This document shows, piece after piece, positions 1 to 12,800 of a DNA stretch of 64,000 nt; positions within the stretch are counted from its first letter, which is position 1, and each line of letters begins with the position of its first letter. This DNA is from an uncultured delta proteobacterium (GTDB taxonomy: Bacteria > Desulfobacterota > Binatia > Binatales > Binataceae), in contig CAWHNS010000002.1 of assembly GCA_963830715.1 (NCBI GenBank), positions 217,482 to 281,481 of the forward strand. Direction: 5' to 3'. The translations under genes and the position numbers were made by a program. The notes under the pieces are model-generated. The model made no database searches. It was not told the origin of the DNA and saw only the letters and a list, made by a program, of their open reading frames with translations.

Positions 1-368
1 GGACCTGCGCGAGAGCATCGTTGAGCGAGGCGCCGACCGCTGAATTTACCGACGCGAGCCTAACGGTGGCGCTCGCAGAGATTTGCCGATCGGACGAGGG
101 TCGCGGCGAGATCGAAGTGCGGCTCGCCGAGCGGCTCTCGGAAGATCAGCAGCGCCGGCTGAGCGCATTGATAGTCGGGCCGGAAATCGACGATCCCAAG
201 GAGGCGCGCAAGCTGCTCGCCGGCTATATCGGCGCGCTGGAGCGGGCGCGGCGGCAACGTGAAATCGCGGAAGCTAAGCGCGGCGTTACCTCCTCGGACA
301 CCAAGGAGTCGATCGCTGCCCTCAAATCGGTAATCGAGGCCGGGCGGGCCGAACATGGCGGAGAGTGA
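1..368 (+). CDS. hypothetical protein, 3' end (frame open to window edge)
   Basis: The frame is open from nt 3. The ORF-track start at 21 is only a TTG, and the stop is at 366-368. No family recognised from the 115-aa tail. Confidence 0.3.
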   Translation, partial: TCARASLSEAPTAEFTDASLTVALAEICRSDEGRGEIEVRLAERLSEDQQRRLSALIVGPEIDDPKEARKLLAGYIGALERARRQREIAEAKRGVTSSDTKESIAALKSVIEAGRAEHGGE

Positions 369-468
369 AGCCGCTTCGATGAGACGATCGAATCGCCTAA
401 TCGCAATCGAGCCCTTAAAATTCTGCGACAAACTTGGTACGATTCCATTTCGTTCGATGCCTCCGCGA

Positions 469-544
469 GGGCCCATAGCTCAGCCCGGTTCAGAGCTGCC
501 GGCTCATAACCGGCTGGTCCCAGGTTCAAATCCTGGTGGGCCCA
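469..544 (+). tRNA. tRNA-Met (anticodon CAT); could alternatively be a lysidine-type tRNA-Ile2
   Basis: Cloverleaf by eye. Acceptor GGGCCCA/TGGGCCC. TAGCTCAG D-arm. Anticodon stem GCCGG/CCGGC with loop CTCATAA. T-arm CCAGG-TTCAAAT-CCTGG. Discriminator A. CCA not encoded. Confidence 0.9.
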
Positions 545-593
545 TCAAATCGGAATTGGGTTTGAAGCCCCGACAACAGGAAATGGTGAAGAA

Positions 594-1316
594 TTGCGCG
601 AAGACTTAAGTCGGCTGATGACTCTTCAGGGTCTCGATCGTGGTCTGAAGGAACTTGGGGAGTCATTGGCCACCATCAATATGCGAGTCGATCAGCTTCG
701 CGAGGAAGCGGCAGGAAAACAGTCCGAGCTGGAACGATTGTCGGAAGAGGACAAGCAGGCCCTGCTGGCGCGCAAGCAGTTGGAGCGCGAGCTGGCCGAA
801 GGCGAGGCCCGTATCCGGAACCATCGGATGCGCCTCAACCTCATCCGCAACGACAAGGAGCTTCAGGCGATCGGTCACGAGGTCGAGTCGCAGAAAGAGA
901 ACAACCAGCGCCTGGAGAGCGAGGTGCTGATCCAGATGGAGGCGGCCGAGCAGCGCGCGCCACGAATCAAGGAGTTGGCCGAGCTGCTGCAGAAAACTCG
1001 CGCCGAACTTGTCAGCGCCGAGAAGCAAATCGCCGGGCAGGTCGAGGACCTCAAGGAATCGCTCGCGAGACATCGCGCCGAGCGCGACGCGGTCGCGGCG
1101 GGAATCGACGAAGCGCTGCGCCAGCGCTACGAGATGATCTTCAATCGGCGGGGCGGGATCGCGGTGGTCCCGGTCAAGTCCGGAACGTGCCAGGGATGCC
1201 GGATGAAGATTCCGCCGCAGCTCCACAATCAGATCCAGCGCGAGGACCAGATTTACTTCTGCCCCAACTGCCAGCGGATTCTGTACTGCGAACCCAGCCC
1301 CGAGGCTCCGCGCTAG
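594..1316 (+). CDS. coiled-coil / C4 zinc-ribbon protein (COG1579, DUF164 type)
   Basis: Long heptad-like coiled coil followed by CQGCRMKIPP...FCPNCQRILY, the typical COG1579 architecture. The start may be the TTG at 594 or the ATG at 618. Confidence 0.8.
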   Translation: MREDLSRLMTLQGLDRGLKELGESLATINMRVDQLREEAAGKQSELERLSEEDKQALLARKQLERELAEGEARIRNHRMRLNLIRNDKELQAIGHEVESQKENNQRLESEVLIQMEAAEQRAPRIKELAELLQKTRAELVSAEKQIAGQVEDLKESLARHRAERDAVAAGIDEALRQRYEMIFNRRGGIAVVPVKSGTCQGCRMKIPPQLHNQIQREDQIYFCPNCQRILYCEPSPEAPR

Positions 1317-1322
1317 CGCCGG

Positions 1323-1379
1323 AAGTGGCACCGGCATCTTGCCGGTGATCGAAGCACCGGCTGAAGCCGGTGCCACTTG
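1323..1379 (+). terminator. GC-rich multi-hairpin directly after the COG1579 stop (terminator-like, no T tract)
   Basis: CACCGGC/GCCGGTG units occur in series (ggcaccggc-atctt-gccggtg-atcgaag-caccggc-tgaa-gccggtgcc). They can form two adjacent hairpins or one long one, closed by aagtggcaccgg/ccggtgccactt. Confidence 0.25.
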
Positions 1380-1428
1380 GATCGCGCTGGTGCGCAATGC
1401 GAATCGCGACCGTGCTACACTCGATTCC

Positions 1429-1768
1429 GCCGGAGTGAATCGGGCGATCGCCCCGCAAGGGGAGGAAAGTCCGGGCTCCACAGGGCAGGGTGGCCGCTAA
1501 CGACGGCGCGAAGCGATTCGCGGAAAGTGGCACAGAAAACAGACCGCCCGCGAGGGCAAGGGTGAAATGGCGGGGTAAGAGCCCACCGGCGCGCGAGTGA
1601 TCGCGCGCGCATGCCAAACCCCACCTGGAGCAAGACCAAATAGGAGGGAGAGTGGCCCGCTCGCAATCCCTCGGGTATGGTCGCTCGAGCCCGCGAGCAA
1701 TCGCGCGGCCCAGAGGAATGATCGCCGCCCGCAAGGGCACAGAACCCGGCTTACAGATTCACTCCGGC
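1429..1768 (+). ncRNA. rnpB: RNase P RNA, bacterial type A
   Basis: Contains the universal GGAGGAAAGTCCGGGCTCCACAGGGCAGGGTG block, GGTAAGAGCCCACC, AGCAAGACCAAATAGG and the 3' ACAGAACCCGGCTTACAG block. The P1 stem is GCCGGAGTGAATC (1429-1441) paired with GATTCACTCCGGC (1756-1768). Confidence 0.93.
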
Positions 1769-1783
1769 ATCAAGACCAGAAAT

Positions 1784-1873
1784 AACCACCGATGAACACC
1801 GATAGACACTGATATTACACACTCCGCAGAGATCTGCTCACATCCGTGTTTATCCGTGTTCATCGGTGGTTTC
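1784..1873. repeat. REP-like inverted repeat pair (family gtgttcatcggtggtt)
   Basis: aaccaccgatgaacac (1784-1799) is the exact reverse complement of gtgttcatcggtggtt (1857-1872). A related copy, gtgttcatcagtggtttc, lies at 14949-14966. Confidence 0.7.
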
Positions 1874-3103
1874 ATTCTTCTTCCGTCCACGGCCGAGTAA
1901 CTGTGCCAGATGTGCGAGCGCCTTCAGGTCGCGCACCCCGATCCGGATCTCCGGCGCGATCATCAGTTTCAAGTCGCGCGGCAGTTCGCGCGAGAACCTG
2001 GCGACGCGCTCGATATCGCCGAGAGCCTGGGTGCGATAGCCCTCCAGGAAATCAATCACCGCGCCGACTCCCGGATCGCTCGCTACGCCGTCCGCCAGCG
2101 CGGATCGCAGTTTGCCGATTTCGTCGAGATGAGGCGGTGTGTTGTTGAAGTTGCGTCCGATCTCGTTCCAGGTTGCTTCGTCGAGAAAGCGGTTCAACAC
2201 GATCGCCGACAGGCAGAGCCCCTCGGCTTTCATCTCGTCGATCAGATCGCGCGCCTGGTTCAACCGATCCTCTTCAGCCGTGGTGACAAGGACGAATCGC
2301 ACCGCGGGCGAGTGCAGCAGCGCCTCGGTCTTATGGAGCCGATCGACCATCGAGTCGACGGTATCGGCGGCGGCGGCGAAGAAGTCCGATATTGCGGTCA
2401 GCACGTTGGCGCCGGCGAAGCGCTCGAGCTCGCGGACCACGAACCGGGCCGCCCTGCTGGCAAGCTTCGCCGCGAACTTGCTCGCCGAAATATAGGGCAG
2501 GAAAAGCCATCGCGCCGCCCGCGTATCGAGCAGGCGCGCCAGCCGGGCCGGCGCCTGAAGGAACTCGAAGGCGTGCGCGGCGGGCGGCGTATCGACAATC
2601 TCAAGCTCGAACTCGCCCGCGACATGAAGATCGTAGAGCTGTTCGAGGGCGGCGTAAGCTTCCGAGCCGGCAAACTGCTCGGTCAGATTGCGGTAGAAGG
2701 GATTGTCGAGGATTCGGCGCCGCGCCTCGGGGTCGGGCGCGAACCGCTCGACCATTCCGTCCCACGCGCCCTTGACATCCAGCACCATCGCAGAGAGCGT
2801 CAGCGCCGGATCTAGTCCCGCGGCCCGCAGACGCGCGGCGCCGAGACCCTTGGGCCGTCCGCCGAGGCGCTCGAGTCCCAGCGCATCGCGCAGCCGCTTG
2901 GCCGGATCGACCGTGATGAGCGCGGTGTTGATGCGCGAGCCGGCCGCGGCGATTCCGAAAGCGGCGGCCACCGTCGTCTTGCCGACGCCGCCGGTCCCCA
3001 GCATGATGACCACCGAACCCTTCGCGAGCAGTTCCTTCACATCGCACCCGAAGCTTCGCGCGATACGCGGGACAAGATAGCAGTTGGCGCCGCGCGCCGG
3101 CAT
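1850..3103 (-). CDS. ArsA/GET3-family P-loop ATPase
   Basis: The N-terminal deviant Walker A (MLGTGGVGKTTVAAA) and overall similarity fit ArsA-type anion-transport ATPases. The real start is probably internal, e.g. the GTG near 3040. The last codons (NETTDEHG) run into the REP element at 1857-1872. Confidence 0.75.
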   Translation of the reverse strand: MPARGANCYLVPRIARSFGCDVKELLAKGSVVIMLGTGGVGKTTVAAAFGIAAAGSRINTALITVDPAKRLRDALGLERLGGRPKGLGAARLRAAGLDPALTLSAMVLDVKGAWDGMVERFAPDPEARRRILDNPFYRNLTEQFAGSEAYAALEQLYDLHVAGEFELEIVDTPPAAHAFEFLQAPARLARLLDTRAARWLFLPYISASKFAAKLASRAARFVVRELERFAGANVLTAISDFFAAAADTVDSMVDRLHKTEALLHSPAVRFVLVTTAEEDRLNQARDLIDEMKAEGLCLSAIVLNRFLDEATWNEIGRNFNNTPPHLDEIGKLRSALADGVASDPGVGAVIDFLEGYRTQALGDIERVARFSRELPRDLKLMIAPEIRIGVRDLKALAHLAQLLGRGRKKNETTDEHG

Positions 3104-3216
3104 CGCCGGCCGCGCGGCTCAATCGTCAGTCTGCCACTTGCCTGTGAAGAGAACGATACCGGCCCGCTTCTCGGAATTGCCGGACGGGCCTAAGATGATG
3201 GTATCGCAGAGGGGTT

Positions 3217-4485
3217 GTGTGGATGGTTGAGTATCTGATCGGCGGCGAGCTTCTGCTGACCGCAGTAGTTCTCGTCATCCTTGTCGGGCTCCGCAAGACC
3301 GCGGGCGACGCGGTCGGCGTCGCGCTTGGACCAATCTCGGGGCGTATCGACTCGATGCGCGAAGAGTTGGCGGGCAAATTCGCCGGCGCGACCGCCGACA
3401 TGGCGCAGCGCCTCGAAAAGACCGGAGGCGATCTCCGCCAGCAACTGGCCGATCGGACGCACGCCGAATTTGCGGCGCTTCGCGACTGTCTCGATCGGCA
3501 GCTCGCGGCGGGACGCGAGGAGCAAGCGAAATCGCTCAAGCTGGAGATCGAGGCGCTCACCAACGAAACGCGCAGGAGCCTCGAGGCGATTCGCAACGAG
3601 GTCGATCAGAAGCTGCTCGCGATCGGAAGGGAAGTTCAGGGCAAGCTCGACCAGAATATCCGCGAGGGCTTTCAGCAGTTCGAGAAAGTCCAGCAGCATC
3701 TGCAGGCCGCCGAGGAGCAGCTCAAGAGCGTCAGCATGATCGGCTCCTCGATCAACGATTTGAACAATCTGCTGAAGCTGCCTCATTTGCGCGGCCGATT
3801 TGGTGAGGCAAGCCTCGAGCGGCTGCTGGCCGATTTCCTGCCGGCCTCGATGTACGAGCTTCAGGCGCACGCCGGGCAGAACGGCCAGACCAGGCCGGAC
3901 GCGGTGATCAAGTTTCCGGGCCGCGTCCTTCCGATCGACGCGAAATTCCCGCGCGAGCAGGTCCTGCCTCTGTTCGAGAGCAAGGGCGACAGCGAGCTCG
4001 CCGCGGCGCGCGAGCAGTTTGCGCGCGTGGTCAAGGAGCAGGGGAGACGGATCGCCGGCTATATCCATCCGGAGAACGGCACTACCGACATGGCCCTGAT
4101 GTACCTGCCGAGCGAGACGCTCTACATGGAGACGGTCCTGAATGGCGAGCTGAGCGAATGGCTCAACAAGCTCAAGATTTTCCCGGTCTCGCCGAACACG
4201 CTGATCGTCACGCTGCAGTCGATTGCGATGGTCTTCCGGATGTACGAGTTTGCCAAGAGCTACGAGAAGGCGACCGAGGAGCTGGCGAAGGCGCAGAAGT
4301 CGTTCGCGTTCTTCGAGGGCAAGTTCGAGGACATCGGGAAGTCGCTCGTAAAAGCGCACGAGGCCTTCGGCGTAGCGTCAGGCCATCTGGCGCGCTATCG
4401 GAGCCGGGTCGCGAATTTGAGCGGCGAGCCGGTCCCGGAAATCGAGGGTTCCGCCGAAAACGGTATCGACGACAAGCCGGCGTGA
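3217..4485 (+). CDS. rmuC: DNA recombination protein RmuC
   Basis: N-terminal TM helix, then a long coiled coil, then the conserved RmuC nuclease-like core (RPDAVIKFPGRVLPIDAKFP...MYLPSETLY). Confidence 0.85.
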   Translation: MWMVEYLIGGELLLTAVVLVILVGLRKTAGDAVGVALGPISGRIDSMREELAGKFAGATADMAQRLEKTGGDLRQQLADRTHAEFAALRDCLDRQLAAGREEQAKSLKLEIEALTNETRRSLEAIRNEVDQKLLAIGREVQGKLDQNIREGFQQFEKVQQHLQAAEEQLKSVSMIGSSINDLNNLLKLPHLRGRFGEASLERLLADFLPASMYELQAHAGQNGQTRPDAVIKFPGRVLPIDAKFPREQVLPLFESKGDSELAAAREQFARVVKEQGRRIAGYIHPENGTTDMALMYLPSETLYMETVLNGELSEWLNKLKIFPVSPNTLIVTLQSIAMVFRMYEFAKSYEKATEELAKAQKSFAFFEGKFEDIGKSLVKAHEAFGVASGHLARYRSRVANLSGEPVPEIEGSAENGIDDKPA

Positions 4486-4504
4486 GCAGAATGGCCGCCT
4501 GTCG

Positions 4505-5693
4505 CTACGCCAGTTCGGTGTCCGACGGCGGTGGGGCCTTGAGCTGGCTGTGCTCGTGGCCCGCGGCGATCCAGGCTTCCACCTGGCGGCGCTCGCCGGT
4601 GAGGGAATTCGCGATCGCCCGGCGCAATCCCGGATGCGCGACGAAGTGCATGCTGCGGGTCAGCGCCGGGTCGAAGCCGCGCAACCATTTGTATTCTCCG
4701 CCCGCTCCCGGCTCGAAACGCGCGAGCCCGGCCTCGATACAATGCTCGATCGCGGCGTAGTAGCAGACGTTGAAATGCAGGTACTTGAGATCGCGGAAGC
4801 ATCCCCAGTACCGGCCATAGAGCACGCCGGCCTTCTGCAGGTTGAAGGTTCCTGCGATGAGTTCCTCGCCTTTGAATGCGCACACCAGGCAGACGTGCCG
4901 CTTGAACCTTCCGCGCGCCAGGTCGAAGAATTTTTTGGTGAGATACTGGCGCCCCCAGTAAAGCTTGTCGAACGGTTGACTTGTAGAGCTGGAACATCGG
5001 GCCGAACAGCGAATCCGGGATTTCGCCGCCCGCGTAAACGCGGATCGCGACGCCTTGGCCGGCGAGCGCCGCCCGCTCGTGGCGTACCGCGTAGCGGCGC
5101 TTGCTTTTGAGCAGATTCAAGTAATCGTTGAAGTTCTGAAAGCCCGCGTTGCGCCAGTGATACTGGTACCCGAGCCGCTCGAGGAAGCCGAGTTCGCCGA
5201 GCGCCGCAGCCTCATCCGGTTCGCAGAAGTTGACGTGTACGGAAGAGAGCTTGTTTTCCACACACAGACCGAGCAGCGCGCGGCCGATCAGGTTTACCAT
5301 CGAACGGCGATCGGCGCCCGATGCAGTCAGAAAGCGGCGCCCGGTGTGCGGCGTGAATGGCACTCCGATGAGCAGCTTGGGGTAGTAGCTGATTCCGGCG
5401 CGCTCCGCCGCGTCGGCCCATCCGTGATCGAACACGAACTCGCCCATGCTGTGGCTCTTGAGGTATAAGGGGCAAGCGGCCGCCACTGCGCCGCGAGGGC
5501 CGCCACAGCGCACGATCAGATGATACGGCGCCCATCCGGTGTCGGCCGCCGCGCTGCGCGATTCCTCCATCGCGGAGAGCCAGTCCCAATCGAGAAACGG
5601 AGAGTCGCCGGGTTCGAGCAATGAATTCCACGTCTCGCGCGGAATTTTGCCGATTCCTTCGACCACCTCGACCGTGGATGCGCTCGTAGTCAT
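4505..5693 (-). CDS. FemAB-like GNAT acyltransferase (PF04339/DUF482 type), interrupted by an apparent +1 frameshift near 4970
   Basis: The N-terminal 250 aa (ORF 4395..5723) and the C-terminal 126 aa (ORF 4505..4885) join as ...FQLYKSTV / [40 protein letters not shown] once one base is skipped in gttcgac. The Arg/Pro-rich tail of the 442-aa ORF is out of frame. Confidence 0.7.
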
Positions 5694-5845
5694 TCCGGGG
5701 ATCAAGTCCTCGGGTCGATCCAATCCACTTGCGCGATTGCGCGCAAGGCTCCGATTGCAGGGTGTTGAGAAAGTTCCTGAGCGACCTGCACCGGATCGCT
5801 GGCTCTCAACACCCTGCCAGTGGCCGTCGGATTTGCTATTTTAAT

Positions 5846-6262
5846 GTGGTGACTCGTGAGCGGCGTACGGCTTTTGCAGCGACTCGATGCGCGGGCATCG
5901 CGCGCATCGGGGTGCGCGTGGGCGGCCCGTCTGATGACGGCGAGGACGATCGATCTTCCCAGCGCGACATCGTTACGCAGCGCAGGACGCGGCCTCAACC
6001 GAAGACCAGGAAACCGCCGCTGTTCAAGGTGATCCTGCTGAACGACGACTACACCCCGATGGAGTTCGTGGTCGAGATTCTGAAGATGATTTTCAACAAG
6101 CCGCATGCCGAAGCGACCAGGATCATGCTGCACGTTCATCAGAACGGGATGGGCGTGGCGGGCGTCTATCCGTACGAGATCGCCGAAACCAAGGTCCGCA
6201 ACGTAGAGGAATTGGCGCGGGAGAACGAATACCCGCTAAAGTGCGTGATGGAGAAGGAGTGA
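5846..6262 (+). CDS. clpS: ATP-dependent Clp protease adaptor ClpS
   Basis: The C-terminal 90 aa ([60 protein letters not shown]) are the canonical ClpS core. The start is uncertain: GTG at 5846, 5912 or 5918. The ORF-track start at 5729 is too long. Confidence 0.85.
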   Translation: MVTRERRTAFAATRCAGIARIGVRVGGPSDDGEDDRSSQRDIVTQRRTRPQPKTRKPPLFKVILLNDDYTPMEFVVEILKMIFNKPHAEATRIMLHVHQNGMGVAGVYPYEIAETKVRNVEELARENEYPLKCVMEKE

Positions 6263-6287
6263 ACCGCCGGCTGGCGGCAATACGAGC

Positions 6288-8613
<2,326 letters not shown>

Positions 8614-8666
8614 GCGCCGCTTTTCCAGCTTGCGAGAACGTCCGTCCCTACAATAAGGAGGATTTC

Positions 8667-9761
8667 ATGGCGACGAGCCTGGCGGTTGTCCAGACCGGGG
8701 CGCGAAAGCTGGAGTTGCGCGAATTCCCGATCCCGGAGATTCGCGATGACGACGCGCTGCTGAAGGTCGAGGCCTGCGGGATCTGCGGCAGCGATTACGA
8801 GCAGTACCAGGGCGCATTTCCCGGCATGCGCTTTCCGGTCATTCCGGGGCATGAGCCGCTGGGGTTTATCGAAAAGATCGGGGCGGTTGCGGCGCGGCGA
8901 TGGGGCGTCAGGGAGGGTGATCGGGTCGCCGTCGAGGTGCTGCTGCCGTGCGGCTTCTGCGAGAATTGCCGCGCCGGCGCGTACCGGATTTGTATCGGCA
9001 AGGGCCGGATGTCGGCGTACGGATACACGCCATGCGAGATCAAGCCGGCGTTGTGGGGCGGGTACGCGCAGCACATGTACCTCGATCCGCAGACCGTGGT
9101 GCACAAGGTGTCAGCGACGGTGCCGGCTGAGTTGGCGGTGATGTTCAATCCGCTGGGCGCGGGAATCCGATGGGCGGTGCAACTTCCGGGCACGACGATC
9201 GGCGACTCGATCGTGATCCTAGGTCCCGGCCAGCGCGGTCTCGCGAGCGTGATAGCCGCGCGGGAGGCGGGCGCATCGCCGATAATCGTCACGGGCCTCG
9301 AGCGCGACGCAAGGAAGCTCGAGTTGGCGCGCGAATTCGGCGCCACCCATACGATCGACGTCGAGGAGCAGGATCCGGTCGCGGCGGTCAGGGAAATCAC
9401 GCATGGGCGGATGGCCGACGTGGCGCTGGACGTGACTGCGTACGCGACCAGCGCCGTCACCCAGGCGATCGATATCGTGCGGCGCGGAGGCACGGTCGTC
9501 CTCGCCGGCACCAAGGGGCTGCGTCCGGTGGAGAACTTCCTGAGCGACAAGATTGTGGGCAAGGAGATCCGGGTGCAGGGCGCGATGGGCGTGGACTTTC
9601 GCGCCTACGCTCCCGCGATTCGGCTGATCGAGTCAGGGCGCTACCCGCTCGCGAAGATGCACACCCACACGCTGCCACTGGAGAAAGCCGAGCACGCGAT
9701 CAAAATCCTCGCCGGTGAAGTCCCGGGCGAGGAGGCGATACATATCGCGATTAAGATGTAG
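8667..9761 (+). CDS. zinc-dependent alcohol dehydrogenase (MDR family)
   Basis: AAGGAGG lies 7 nt upstream of the ATG at 8667. Motifs CGICGSDYEQ, GHEPLG, CGFCENCRAG and the Rossmann ILGPGQRGL are present. It is fused to clpA in the ORF track only because the shifted clpA frame happens to stay open. Confidence 0.85.
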   Translation: MATSLAVVQTGARKLELREFPIPEIRDDDALLKVEACGICGSDYEQYQGAFPGMRFPVIPGHEPLGFIEKIGAVAARRWGVREGDRVAVEVLLPCGFCENCRAGAYRICIGKGRMSAYGYTPCEIKPALWGGYAQHMYLDPQTVVHKVSATVPAELAVMFNPLGAGIRWAVQLPGTTIGDSIVILGPGQRGLASVIAAREAGASPIIVTGLERDARKLELAREFGATHTIDVEEQDPVAAVREITHGRMADVALDVTAYATSAVTQAIDIVRRGGTVVLAGTKGLRPVENFLSDKIVGKEIRVQGAMGVDFRAYAPAIRLIESGRYPLAKMHTHTLPLEKAEHAIKILAGEVPGEEAIHIAIKM

Positions 9762-9843
9762 GCGCAGTTACAAGTCGCGCGGCTGAAAGACGGTGATTCC
9801 ACGCACTCGCTCGAAATCCGCCTCTGTCGCCCACTTCATGGCT

Positions 9844-12800
9844 TCAGTGGAAATCGTGCGAGCGGGGGATCGAGGCGCTGAGTTTCAGCTCGGCGAAGCG
9901 CTCGCCGCGTACTGCGATTACGCCGTCAACTTTTTGCAGCACGCCTTCCACCATCAGGATCGACGCACGATGCAGCATCGCGCGATTGCGCTGAAAGACA
10001 TCGGGAATGACTATCGCGTTGGATATTCCGGTCTCGTCCTCCATCGTGACGAAGAAGAATCCCTTCGCCGTGCCTGGACGCTGGCGCACGATCACCACGC
10101 CCGCGATTCTGACCGTCGCGCCGTGAGTCGCGTCGGCCAGCTCCGCCGCGCTGAGCACGCCACGCGCCTTGAGCTTCGCCCTGAGATGGGCCATCAGATG
10201 GGGTCCCGGCGTGACGCCGGTGGAAGCGTAGTCGGCGATCGTCTCTTCTATCGGCGCCATCGGGGAGAGCGGCGACGGCGCATCGGATGCTTCGCGTGCG
10301 GGCTCCGATCCGGCGAACAGGCTTCGCGGGTCGCGCTCGATCGCGGCGACCTGCCATAGCGCGTCGCGGCGCCGCTGGTTGAAGGCGGCGAATGCTCCCG
10401 CGTAGGCGAGCGAGTCGATTTCGCGGCGGTTGGTTCCGACGCGCGCGCTGAAGTCGGCGATCGATCTGAAGGGGCGGACGGCCCGCTCGCGCTCGATCGC
10501 AAGCCCGACTTCCTCGCGCAATCCGGAGACGTACTTGAGGCCGAGGCGGAGGCTCTTCACCCTCACCCGGCTGGCGGCTTGCGTTAGCAAGCCGCCAGCC
10601 GACCTCTCCCTGGTCAGGGAGAGGTGGTCAGAGGATTCTGCAATCGTGCACTTCCATTCCGATTGCGTGACGTCGATCGGCAGGATCATGACGCCGTGGC
10701 GCTGGGCGTCCTTGACCAGGGTCGAAGGATGGTAGAAGCCGAGCGGATAGCAGTTGAGCATCGCGGCGAAGAACGCCGCCGGATGATGCCATTTCAGGTA
10801 GGCGGAAGCGTAGGCGATAAGCGCGAAGCTGGCGGCGTGCGATTCGGGAAAGCCATACAGCGCAAAGGACGTGATCGAGCGGACGATTTCGTCGGCGACC
10901 GCGCCGGTGATCCCGTTGCGCGCCATCCCGTCGCGCAGCCGGAGCTCGATCTTCTCCATGCGCTCCATCGAGCGCTTGAATCCCATCGCGCGGCGCAACT
11001 CTTCGGCCTCGCCGCCGCTGAAGCCCGCGAGCGTCATCGCGATCCTGAGCAACTGCTCCTGGAAAAGCGGCACGCCGAGCGTGCGGCGCAGGATCGGCTC
11101 GAGCCACGGATGGGCGTAGCGGACCGGCGCGCGGCCGTTGCGGCGATCGAGATAAGGATGAACCATCTTGCCGACGATCGGTCCGGGCCGGATTATCGCG
11201 ACCTCGACCACCAGGTCGTAAAAGTTGCGCGGCTTCATCCGCGGCAGAGTCGCCATCTGGGCGCGGCTCTCGACCTGGAAGACGCCAACCGTATCGGCCC
11301 GCCGCAACATCGCGTATACCTCCGGATCGTCCGGCGGAATATGGGCGAGATCGACCTCGACGCCCTCGTGCCGGCGTATCAGCGGAATTGCCTCCTCCAG
11401 CACCGCGAGCATCCCCAGGCCCAACAGGTCGATCTTGATGATCCCCAGATCCGCGCAGTCCTCCTTGTCCCATTGGATCACCACCCGGCCCGGCATCGTG
11501 GCCGGCTCCAGCGGCACGATCTCGTCCAGCGGCCCCGCGCCGATCACCATCCCGCCGCTATGCTGGCCGAGATGGCGCGGGAGGCCCTGGATTCGGCGGA
11601 CCAGGCCGATCAGCATCCCGATTCGCGGCGACCCCGGATCGACGCCGCCTTGCTTCAGCAGCGCCGCGATATCGTCGTGGTCGTCGCGGAACTCATAGAC
11701 CCGGTTGAGTTTCGCGAGGCGATCGACCTGGTCGAGCGAAAAGCCCAGCGCCTTGCCGGCCTCGCGCACGGCGCTGCGCACGCGATAGGTGATCAGGTTG
11801 GCGGTCATCGCGGCGCCGCGTTCGCCATAACGGCGATAAACGTACTGGATCACCTTCTCGCGCTGATCGCCGCTGGGCAGGTCGATATCGATATCGGGCC
11901 ACTCGCCGCGTTCTTCGGACAGGAAGCGCTCGAACAGCAGTTCCATCCGGACCGCATCGACCGCGGTGATTCCGAGCGCGTAGCAGACCGCGCTGTTGGC
12001 CGCCGATCCGCGGCCCTGCGCCATGATCCGGTTTTCGCGGCAGAACTGTACGATGTCCCAGACGATCAGGAAGTAGCCGGCGAGCTTGAGCTTCCCGATT
12101 ATGCCGAGCTCGTGCTCGAGCTGGCGGCGGACGCGATCTTCCGGCGCCGCGCCCCATCGTTCGCGCGCGCCCGCATCGGTCAAGGCGCGAAGGTAGCTGT
12201 CGGGCGTCTCGCCGGGCGGAATCGGATAATCGGGAAAGCGATAGCCGAGGTCGTTGAGCGTGAACTCGCATCGCTCGGCGATTTCGCGCGTAGCCGCGAT
12301 CGCGCCGGGAAGATCGCGGAACATCGCGGCCAGGCTGTCGCGCGGTTTCAGATAACGTTCGCGGTTGACCCAGAGCGCGCGTCCGGCCTCGTCGAGCGTG
12401 GTCTTGAGCCGGATACAGGTCATCACGTCGAGCAGATCGCGCTCGCGCCCGCTATGGCAGACGTCATTGGCGGCGGCGATCGGAAGACGAGCGGCGGCCC
12501 GCTGCCGCATTGAGCTTGCGGTTGAGCCGCTCCTCGTCGGGATCGAGATGACGCTGTATGTCGATGAAGAGATTTCCAGCGCCGAAGATCGCACGCAGGC
12601 GATCGCACAGCGGCCGCGGATCCTCGCCCCGCAGGAGCATCCGCGAGACCGGACTGAAAATCCCGCCGGCCAGGCGAGATCAGGCCGGCGCCGAACCGCT
12701 CGAGGTCATCCAGACGGATGCGGCTTTGTCCTTTTTCGGGGAATTTCGGGGGCGTGCCGTCCGTTCCCGCTTCCTCGATCACGCGCAGCTTGGAGGTGGT

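Noticed and set aside
4395-4970. The C-terminal 190 aa of the 442-aa ORF (Arg/Pro/Gly-rich)
   Set aside because: This is out-of-frame read-through after the frameshift. The true continuation is ORF 4505..4885.
10624-12513. A 629-aa plus-strand ORF
   Set aside because: It is antisense to dnaE2. No conserved motifs, and a shadow-ORF composition.
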